A stretch of DNA of 8,917 bases. Origin: Paraphysomonas bandaiensis. Lineage: Eukaryota; Protista; Chrysophyceae. A program made the position numbers and the translations under genes. This document shows positions 1-8,373 of this stretch, piece by piece. The first letter of the stretch is position 1, and the number at the start of each line of letters is the position of its first letter. The notes under the pieces are model-generated. The model was not told where the DNA came from. It did no database searches and saw only the letters and a list, made by a program, of their open reading frames with translations. The stretch covers positions 1 through 8,917 of the forward strand of contig CBFFRP010000575.1 of NCBI GenBank assembly GCA_965644295.1, read 5' to 3'.

Positions 1-1999
1 CACCTTGTATCCTTTTCGATCAGCTGGATACCCTATGAAATAACCTGTCATTGCTTTGTCCTCCCAGTCCTTCCTCCTGTCGGCCTTGGGTGTTAGCACA
101 TATGCTTTGCACCCCCATTTCCGTAGCCACGATAGGCTGGGAACGCTCCCCCTGGGACACACTCATATGGAGACATCCATCCTTGCCACGTCCGAGTTGG
201 CATTCGTCGCACAATGTAACATGCAGTTTGATAAGCATCAAACCAGAACGACTTTGGAAGTCCAGATGCCGTCAACATCGTCAGTGTCATCTCCCCAATT
301 GTTCGGAATTTCCTCTCAGACACCGCGTTGAGCTCTGGCGTGTCTCGTGTTGTATGTGACACCCGAGTCCCATATCGCTGCAACAGATACTCTCTTATCT
401 GCTGACTAATAAGTTCGGATCCTCCATCGGCATGATACTCCACTATACGGTTCCACCCCTCGTACTTCACTAAGTGGACCTCGCACAAGTGTCGTAGACA
501 TTTGAACACCTCCTCTCCGCTTCGAGTCCTCAATCCATATTCCCATATCATCTTTGTTGCTAAGTCCGTAAATAGGAGCACGTACTTATACCCTTGTCTG
601 GATTCACAATTGAGATAGACGGAGATGTCCGCTGTTACTCTTTCCAGGAACCTGACTGCGCTTAGCTCTTCGTTGTCCCGTGATTTGAACGAATGCCTGG
701 TTATCTTCGCCTTGGCACACCATTTACACAGGGGTTTCTTGCAACTCTTCTCCTTTGCCTTCGAAAGGTGATGTCGTTGTAGTCCTGATCCTCTGAATAA
801 CATGTGTCGGTGAGCTTCTAATAACTTCGATTTCGAGACATGTCCAGTACGCTCATGTAAGCGATCCAACGCATCTTGTCCTGTATTATCCGACAAATTT
901 ACCTCCTCCATCTGATTGCACATAGACACATTTGGCAGATTTAACACCTCCATCAAGTCCACATACGGCATCCCTCCATGCTCATCGTACTCTCCAGTCA
1001 ACACCTCGTTTCCAGAGTCCAATTCCACGATTTTAGGCTTTCGAAGCAGTTGTAATCCGTATCCCATTGATCTCAGCATCCCTCCTGACACAATGTTCTT
1101 CACCGCTTCTTCACTAACTCTGATGTCTCTCCATTCCCCGAATGTACCAGCTCCCTGTGTCTCCAATTGAGAACCCTTTCTAGTTAGTTGGATTGCCCCA
1201 AACTCAGGAGTAAATGACTCCAGTGCAATTTTATCCTTTACTATAAACAGTCTTTTACTTGCACAACTGTCCAGATATACACGAGGTTCTTCCGACGTAT
1301 CCACCGATAGCAAAACCTCTTCTCCAAACATATTCGCTTCATCATCCGACGACTCTCCGTCGTTGACGTATTTCTTCCATTCTGTCTCGAATTTCCTGTT
1401 CGATTTTCGAGGATTCTCATTATCCGGGTTTTTTATGTTCTTCCGTTTTTTCGACTTGCACTGTCGGGCTTTATGACTAAAATCTCCACAGATATGACAA
1501 CCAGTATAATCCTTTGATCCTGGCTGCTGCACACTCTTCGAAGCCTTTTCCTTTGTCTTCCCTTTTCTTTTGAACTTATCCATTTTTCTTTGTCGTTCCT
1601 TAGCATAACAATTCGCTGCTACATGTCCCTTCTTCCGACAAAATGAACAAACCACTGGCTCCTTCGACGCCGTAAAATTGATCTCTTCAGATTTGTCTCC
1701 CTTTAGTTTCTTCAGCTGCGTCATAGCCTCGTCATACTCTTCACAAGCCTCTTTCACCGAATCAAATGTAGTTGTTGCTTTAGGCATCATCGCTACCGAC
1801 ATCCATAAATCATGTAATTCCTCTATCTGCAGCGCTGCTTTTATCTTTGCTAATTTACTTGCCTCTGTCTGCGGTTGTCCCAATTTTATGAGCTTCTGGA
1901 TTATACCGTTCAGTCGATCTACCCCAACAGACACCTTTTCCCCCGGCCTTATTTTGAACGAATGGTATTCTGCCGTAGTCTTCTCCAATACAGTCCCAA
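1..1999 (-). mobile_element. Ty1/copia LTR retrotransposon A, internal remnant (gag C-terminus, protease, integrase); runs off the left edge and is interrupted at 1999/2000
   Basis: Domain order Gag zinc knuckles, protease YLDSCAS, integrase zinc finger (HERTGH...CKWC), DDE core (TADIS / HADGGSE / NAVSERKFRT), then the copia integrase C-terminal WGCKAYV...GYFIGY region. Integrase directly after protease is the copia order. Confidence 0.95.
1..1999 (-). pseudogene. gag-pol: gag-pol polyprotein of element A, frameshifted near 145 and N-terminally truncated
   Basis: ORF 2036..93 carries CSFCRKKGHVAANC (1649-1608), CHICGDFSHKARQC (1499-1458), protease and integrase. After ...ECVPGGA the copia-like sequence continues in another frame, 144..1 = VPSLSWLRKWGCKAYVLTPKADRRKDWEDKAMTGYFIGYPADRKGYKV. 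The first ~12 aa of the ORF-track call come from insert C. Confidence 0.9.
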
Positions 2000-2297
2000 T
2001 GTAACGCCGAGGCGTCAAACTAATCACATACCACAAAAGACCAGTGAGGTTAATATGCTACAAGGGGGGCTTTAGTGGACTGTGTGTGTATGTACAGTCT
2101 GCATCTTATCTTCGGATGAAGACACACTTCACTCTCGGATTACAAGTGCCGCTGTTTTTGCTGTATGGGCAATGGAGAGATCTGATTGGTGTACTCGAGT
2201 TATACTGTTTTGTATACTGTATGGAATACAGGCTGTATTGTCTATATGTATATGCTGTATAACGGTGCTGGAATACGGACTGTACTTGGTGGTGATG
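2000..2297. mobile_element. Insert C: LTR-like fragment that interrupts gag of A and is itself interrupted by element B
   Basis: Begins TGTAACG about where Gag-like coding of A is lost. It is non-coding and TG-rich, and has the same TGTAA+hairpin start as the two inserts in B. The other end and TSD (expected CCAA or CCCAA) would lie beyond the window. Confidence 0.6.
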
Positions 2298-2349
2298 TGC
2301 GTAGAGAAATAAGAGGATGTTCTTTTCAGTTTAGTACTTGAAGTGACTG

Positions 2350-2356
2350 TATAAGA
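2350..2356 (+). promoter_or_regulatory. Possible TATA box in the LTR U3
   Basis: TATAAGA present in both LTRs, but ~78 nt upstream of the inferred start, farther than the usual ~30 nt. Confidence 0.25.
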
Positions 2357-2427
2357 TATGCATAGGGCACATAGAGGTGTATGGTGTTATGTTATGCAGT
2401 GTGTAGTGTACGGCTGTAGACTAGAGA

Positions 2428-2443
2428 CATAATTTTCTCTTAC
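2428..2443 (+). other. Putative self-primer and transcript 5' end (U3/R boundary) in the 5' LTR; copy at 8764-8779
   Basis: 16/16 complementarity to 2581-2596, identical in both LTRs. Confidence 0.7.
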
Positions 2444-2580
2444 TAACGAGTTCTGTAGTAACTGCGAAGAGAACCTTGCTTTTGACTACCTGTAGTGTAG
2501 ACTGTGTGAAAAGGCAACGGGGGTATTCCGTCCGTTTATTGATCCGTAGCATCCGACTGAGTACCGTATTTTTTCTCTGC

Positions 2581-2596
2581 GTAAGAGAAAATTATG
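2581..2596 (+). other. Putative self-priming primer-binding site of element B, overlapping the LTR end and the gag ATG
   Basis: GTAAGAGAAAATTATG is the exact reverse complement of CATAATTTTCTCTTAC at 2428-2443. No TGG-starting tRNA PBS and no GGTTATGGGCCC half-tRNA-Met PBS follow the LTR. Confidence 0.75.
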
Positions 2597-3505
2597 AAGA
2601 AAACGACAAAAGAGAGATATCCCAGATATCCAAGATCTGGAAGAAGACAAGAGTCTGACAGTTATGACGCAGTGCCAATGCTAAGATATGGCGCAAAATG
2701 TAATCTGCCTATTTTCAAGCAGAAATTGGTGGCCGAAGCCATGGTGAGGTACGGAGACCTTGCAAAGATGCTGGAGACTGACCAGTACTACGAGCCACCG
2801 AGACCCGACACCAGGGATGTCAATCCGAGGACAGACCCCATCGGGTACAAGGAGATCGAAGATCAATGCATCAGAAGATCTCGGGCCATAGGAGAGATGG
2901 CCAAGAACAGAACCCCACTGTACGGATACATGATACAGCACCTGAGCAACGAATCCCACGACGCCATAAAACTATTAGACGAATATCAAGAGTTCAACGC
3001 AACGAAAGATCCACTATCGCTATGGCTTGCAATAAAAAAGACACACAAGGTGGCGACAAGCTCCAATGTGGGAGCAGTAATGAAAGCGGAAACTAGGCGA
3101 AAGTACCAAGAAGTTCGGCAAGGAACTTTCGAAAGCATCGTGACATATAAGGAGAAATTTGATTATTTACTGGAAGCATACAAAGAAATGGACAACGCCA
3201 AAATGTCCGACACCGATGTGGCGATGGACTTCTTTAACGGACTTGACGAAACAAGATATGGGGATTTCAAAACTAACTATCTCAATGACCTAACCATGGG
3301 AACTCAAATTGCACCCACACACGTGAACGACATATACAACAAGGTTTCTAAATACCTGCCGGCCAGGAAGCAGACACGCGCGGCAGGAGGAGCAGCTTTC
3401 GTCACCAAAGCTGAACGTAAAACTACCAGCAAAGGGAAACACAGCGCAAGTGACAGTGACGAAAATGGCGACAGGGACGACAAAGAATCCAAAAGGGGGC
3501 AGAAG
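2594..3505 (+). CDS. gag: Gag of element B (segment 1 of the interrupted polyprotein, 304 aa)
   Basis: ATG lies 10 nt after the LTR. Copia Gag-like motifs DPLSLWLAIKKTH, VRQGTFESIVTYKEKF and MDFFNGLD. The ORF-track tail CKAVGFYNTLLHVL is read-through into insert 1. Confidence 0.9.
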
Positions 3506-4643
3506 TGTAAAGCCGTGGGCTTTTATAACACCCTTTTACACGTTTTATGACATCATCATAATAATATTGATAACTATATTACTGCAATAACGATATGATA
3601 ACATAATATGTAGGGTATATGTAGCTTGTTTTGTTTAAGATTGATGACAACAAGAGATACAGATTATTATTACGAGGGCAAGACGGCAGACAACTAGGAT
3701 TTACCCTCGAACACACGTTTTCTTTGATCTACGCGATTGCTACCCGTTGGTTTACGCCTATATCCATACGGTAGTCGGTGTCATAGCGTTTTGAGTTAGG
3801 AAGCATTGATTGGTACCGCATGTGCGATATTCGTAGTCCATTCATCATTATGAGAAGCTTTCTGATGGTTTTGAACAGCTCTATGTGCTTGCTCATCGTT
3901 CCGGACTATGATATACGATTATTTTCCCATTATCACACACCATCGATTTTCTCCGGAATGGGGAGGAATTCGTACGGTGCCATTGGGCGCAGATGCATAG
4001 GCGTTCTAGGCATGCTGATGGTAAAATTTCCCTATGTATAGATGGCTAGGTCTGTTGTACACTGGTTCGCAGGAATGGCGATGTTTAACGGGTTGAAATG
4101 TGATTGCAGTTGTCATGAAATGTGCTTGCAATTTTTGTGGATTCGAATATTGTCATTTTTGGGTGTTTGTGGCTCGAAAATCGGCGATTTTCTGCAATTC
4201 TCAAAAATTGGGGATTTTTGGGTTTTTGGGGCTCGAAAATCGGAGTTTTTTGGAAAGGACCTATTTAGGCGTATTTCAGGGCGTTTTTGACTATAATCGA
4301 TGTAGGATATGAATCGTATGTAGTGTAGTACATGTATGAGCATATTGTACGGTTGTGGTTGCATTCAATGTCCTGTGTATGAGGAGGAGTCTTTAGACTA
4401 GGGGTCTGTCTTTCGTTTTGCTTGTAACTTAGTTTTAATAATAATTCTCTATGAAATTAACATAGTTGGTTGACTGATCTGTCTATTGGGAGCTTTAGAT
4501 TGCAGGATACTTGGGAGCTTGTATCTCTGGCTGTTGGTTTCTTAAAGAGTTATTATTATAGTTTTCTGTTTTGTTGTTTCGACAAACAACCATTTCACAT
4601 ATCTTTTCAGTGATCTTAGGTTGCAAGACCTGAGTTGTTTATA
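3506..4643. mobile_element. Insert 1: 1138-bp non-coding element, probably a solo LTR of another family
   Basis: Ends TGTAAA...TTTATA (5/6 inverted repeat). TSD GAAG at 3502-3505 and 4644-4647 (or AGAAG if the end is 4642). Removal rejoins gag in frame: ...KRGQK|NPRHREQRRKPLICWGC. Confidence 0.85.
4155..4243 (+). repeat. 30-bp direct repeat pair (28/30) with a palindrome, inside insert 1
   Basis: ATTTTTGGGTGTTTGTGGCTCGAAAATCGG at 4155-4184 versus ATTTTTGGGTTTTTGGGGCTCGAAAATCGG at 4214-4243. GAAAATCG-G-CGATTTTC at 4176-4192. Confidence 0.85.
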
Positions 4644-4647
4644 GAAG

Positions 4648-7600
4648 AATCCACGGCACAGAGAACAACGGAGGAAACCCCTGATATGTTGGGGGTGCGG
4701 CGAGCCAGGGCACCGACTCAATGAATGCCCTGACAACCAAGATGCAGATGAGAGAAACTGTGCGGTGACCCTAAAGAACGCATTCACATCCGGAGGCCAC
4801 CCATTCAGGTGGTACGAGGTACTGCTAGATAATCAGGCGGACGTGTCAGTGGTTCACCCTGCATTACTGCACAATATAAGGCCGGCGACCAGGAAATGTA
4901 CCGTGGCAGGACTCTCAGGGCACGCTATGGAGTTACCAAATGTAGGAGATCTGGATCAATTCTTTCCCTGCACAACGGCTGATCATTTACGTGCGAGTGT
5001 GCTATGTCAATCAGATGTGGAGGATATGTACGATGTAACATATGTGCAAGGCAAATCGTATACTGTGCATTTACCTGGTAGAGACCTGGTATTCGCAAGA
5101 AGGAACAAAATGTACGTCGCTGATATGCGAGACTGGGCCACTGGAAACGTACATGTCACAACAGTAGCCGACATGGAAGCGAGGCACTCGAAGGCCGAAG
5201 TGGCTCGAGCACGAGAGGCATGGGATTTAGTCAAGACCTCGGGATTTGACTCTAAGAAAGACGCAATCAACTTAGTCAGTGATGGCAACATAACAGGACT
5301 GAAACTCACCGCAAGTGACGTACGGAGAGCATTCGAGATATATGGAATCCCATACGAGTCAGTGCGCGGGAAGCACACTCACAAAAAAACGGGGCGCCAG
5401 TACGTAGACACCGCACTGAAATCGGAGATGCAGCGAGAGCAGAGGCTCTACTCAGACATCTTCAGCGTGCGACAGCAGTCATTTCTTCTCACGATGGCGG
5501 AGCCACTGGGAGTGTCAGTAGTCTCTGCAATACAGAATGAGACAACAGAAGCATTAGGACTCGCACTTCAGGAACATGTTAATCTGCTACGGAGCTACGG
5601 GTATGTGCCGACCATCGCTTACCTCGACCCACAACCTGGCTTCAAACCACTCCGAGGGCAGATTACAGGGGTGGAGATAGACGTCGCGGGAGCAGGCGAC
5701 CACCTCGACAAAATCGATTCAAAAATACGGCGCCTGAAAGAGATGATCAGGAGCATCCATGCAGGACTACCGTGGGACTTACCTGACGCCAATGTGAAAG
5801 ATCTGGTACGGTATGCAAACAGCAGGATGAATCTAAGAAGGCCATCCACCAATGGATCAACGGTAGCGCCGCGAGTGGCATTGACAGGGATCAAACCGAA
5901 TTTCAAGAAGGAGCTGGCTCTCGCATTCGGTGATTATGTGGAGTGCTACGACCCGAAGGTCAAGAGCAACGACGCGGAGCAGGACCGGACAGAGCCGTGC
6001 ATAGCCTTGTATCCTGCAGGCAATGCAAACGGCAGCTGGATTTTCCTGAATCTGAAGACAAACAGATATGTCAGCAGGACAAACTGGAGGAAGATGATAA
6101 CCACGCAGTTGGTGATAGACGCAGTGAACAAGACCGCACAACTAAATCGAAAAAATGCAAGGCACTCACCAGCTATCGCGGACCAACCGGACCAGTGCGA
6201 AGAAGCGCAAGACGACACCGCAGAGGGTGGCAATGCAACTGCGACAACAGAGCATGAGAGCAATACCACAGAGATGAGCGAAGACGCGCCTGCTACAAAC
6301 AATTCGGAATCTGTGGGGCAAATGGGCGAGGAAGAGAGCCCGACGACTACCGGCAGTGACGCCCCTAATGAAATAAATACAGAAGATATAACAGGGGTGG
6401 TACACAATACAATGAGCTCACCGTCACTAACAGAAGGGAGGAGAGCAGCTGGCGCGATACGGAAACCAGTGATGTACCGTGCCTATCACACGAGCATTAC
6501 ACAAGGGTTGAAGGAACACGGTAAGGATGCATACCTAGCTATAGTGCGGGAGCTGAAACAGTTGCTGCACGACAAGAAGGCCATAGCCCCAGTGCATCGG
6601 AGTGAGCTGTCAACGACCCAGATCAAAAGGGCGATTCGGTCATTGATGTTCCTGAAAACCAAATACGACGGCCTTGGGCGTTTCGAAAAGATCAAGGCCA
6701 GACTGGTTGCAAATGGCGCGCAGCAGGACAGAAAGCTGTACACCGATACATCGTCGCCTACAGTAGCGATGCAATCAGTATTCGCATGTCTAGCGATAGC
6801 AGCTAAAGAGAGACGACATATTTCAACAGTGGACATTGGAGGAGCTTACCTGAATGCCGAGATGACCGGAGAAGAAGTCATTATGGAGCTCGAACCGATG
6901 CTGGCCGCTATCCTGAAAAAGATGGACCCAGCCGTACAGCCATACATAGACGAGCGCGGAAGACTGCTAGTACGATTGGACCGGGCCCTATACGGATGTG
7001 TTCAGAGCGCGAGATTGTGGTACAATACACTGAGGACGTACCTGGAGAGCATCGGCTTTGCAGTCAACCCCGTAGACCAATGCGTCTTCAATCGGACCGT
7101 CAACGGAAAACAATGCACCGTGACCCTGCACGTAGACGACCTATTAGTGATGTCCCAGTGCAAGGAAGACACAGAATGGCTAGTGGCAAAACTGAAACAA
7201 CAATACGGCGAGGTGAAACACTGTACCGACCATGACATGTCGTATATAGGTATGCACATAAATGTACAGGACGGGAAGGCAGTGGTATCGATGAGGGCAT
7301 ACCTGGAGGGAGTGCTCGAGGAGACGGGGACCACAGGAGGGACGGCTTCCCCGGCAACAGCATCTCTTTTCACCGAGAAATCCGAGCAGAAATTGGGCAA
7401 GAGAGACGCCGCAGAATTCCACACAGTGGTGGCAAAGCTGCTATACCTGGCAACAAGGGTGAGGCCGGATATTTTGTTGTCTATTGCGTACCTGGCTACT
7501 AGGGTGAAGGACCCGACTCAAGATGACAAGCAGAAGCTGGGGAGAGTGTTGAAGTACCTGGCGGCCACCAAGAATCAGGATTTACACCTGCGAATAGGAG

Positions 7601-7824
7601 ATAAGATTCAGGTAAAAGCATACATTGACGCATCATTTGCGACACATCAGGATGGAAAGGGCCATACCGGAGTGGTGGTCAGCGTGGGGGATGCGGCTGT
7701 GCTTTGTCGGTCGACAAAGCAGAAACTGGTCACCAAGGACTCCACTGAGTCGGAATTGGTCGCACTCTCTGACATGCTGCCGTGTGTGATGAAATTGCAT
7801 GAGTTCCTGTGTGGTCAGGGGTGT
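4648..7824 (+). CDS. pol: Polyprotein segment 2 of element B: zinc knuckle, protease, integrase, reverse transcriptase, RNase H N-terminus (1059 aa)
   Basis: CWGCGEPGHRLNEC (4687-4728, upstream of the ORF-track start). Protease LLDNQA. Integrase LYSDIF / YLDPQ / HLDKIDSKIRRLKE. RT KARLVANG, VDIGGAYL, LYGCVQSARLW, LHVDDLL (HVDD 7129-7140). RNase H YIDASF and STESELVA. Confidence 0.97.
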
Positions 7825-8369
7825 GTAAACCTGTGCAGGTTTAAAGCAGGTTTATAGTCATCAGCACTATCTTCTATTCTATATGCTGGGCTGTGATATA
7901 TAATTCTTTTGAAGAGTTATTATTATTACAGTTTGGATGTATACATATATATATGCGTACATACTAACCTAGTTTCTCTCTTTCACCCACACATATATGT
8001 ATAGGTTGTGACCCTTCTACAGAATATATATATATGTTGTATCCTTACCCTAATATATGGTATATATGTGTACATGGCTCTATATTCAACCAGTGGCCTG
8101 TAAATGCACATATGTAGCTTCTACAATCACCTATAGTACGTAAACAGTGTATACGTGCTTTTCCTGCAGTCAGTGGATGTGTCTGCGGCTTCTTTACCGT
8201 TATTATATGCCTCTGTGTGGTTCATATATCCATTTCCAATTACTGGTGGCTAAGGGTTGCCATAGACCGCCTCTGTCTGGAAGAAGGACCTGTATATCAC
8301 CTGTCATGACTGTACGTACTGATTACATGATTTTACGGTACCTTCCATTCGATCATCACACTGTGTGTA
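7824..8369. mobile_element. Insert 2: ~546-bp non-coding element (solo-LTR-like) inside RNase H
   Basis: AT-rich block with ends TGTAAA...GTGTA. Flanking duplication GTG(T) at 7821-7824 and 8370-8373. Removal gives in-frame EFLCGQGC|IMDSPTIFQDN. Confidence 0.8.
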
Positions 8370-8373
8370 GTGT

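Larger units (their letters stand above)
2298..2583 (+). repeat. 5' LTR of element B (~286 bp)
   Basis: Matches 8634-8917 with 10 substitutions and one 9-bp indel by manual count. Imperfect terminal inverted repeat TGCGTAGAGAAA / TTTCTCTGCGTA (10/12). The right end is inferred from this repeat (about +/-2 nt). Confidence 0.92.

Noticed and set aside
2000-2036. ORF-track start (MWYVISLTPRRY) for element A
   Set aside because: It lies in insert C; the true gag start is displaced outside this segment.
2584-2600. Degenerate half-tRNA-Met PBS (GGTTATGGGCCC-like)
   Set aside because: Only TTATG matches, far weaker than the 16/16 self-complementarity.
3694-4116. Possible decayed minus-strand ORF in insert 1 (MTTAITFQPV...)
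   Set aside because: Four internal stops in ~140 codons, not clearly below chance, and no recognisable motif.
3505-4663. Insert 1 as a precise intron
   Set aside because: The GTAAAG donor at 3507 joined to the AG at 4644 or 4647 creates TAA. Only a weak GTGTAA donor with a distal AG (4661) keeps the frame.
3506-4764. Separate gag and pol ORFs with a long spacer or programmed frameshift
   Set aside because: The TSD-flanked insertion explains the gap, and the Gag zinc knuckle lies in frame beyond it.
6172-6420. Acidic, Thr-rich stretch as an extra domain
   Set aside because: Consistent with the ordinary disordered integrase-RT linker of copia elements.
5007-7424. Antisense and overlapping ORFs over pol (likewise 51-359, 916-1170, 1678-2004, 2681-2959)
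   Set aside because: Shadow ORFs of the real coding strand with no motifs.
7939-8070. (TA)n-rich patches as a repeat array or CRISPR
   Set aside because: Short simple repeats with no repeat-spacer periodicity.
7824-8369. Helitron or MITE identity for the inserts
   Set aside because: No TC...CTRR ends or A/T insertion site, TSDs are present, and there are no extended terminal inverted repeats.
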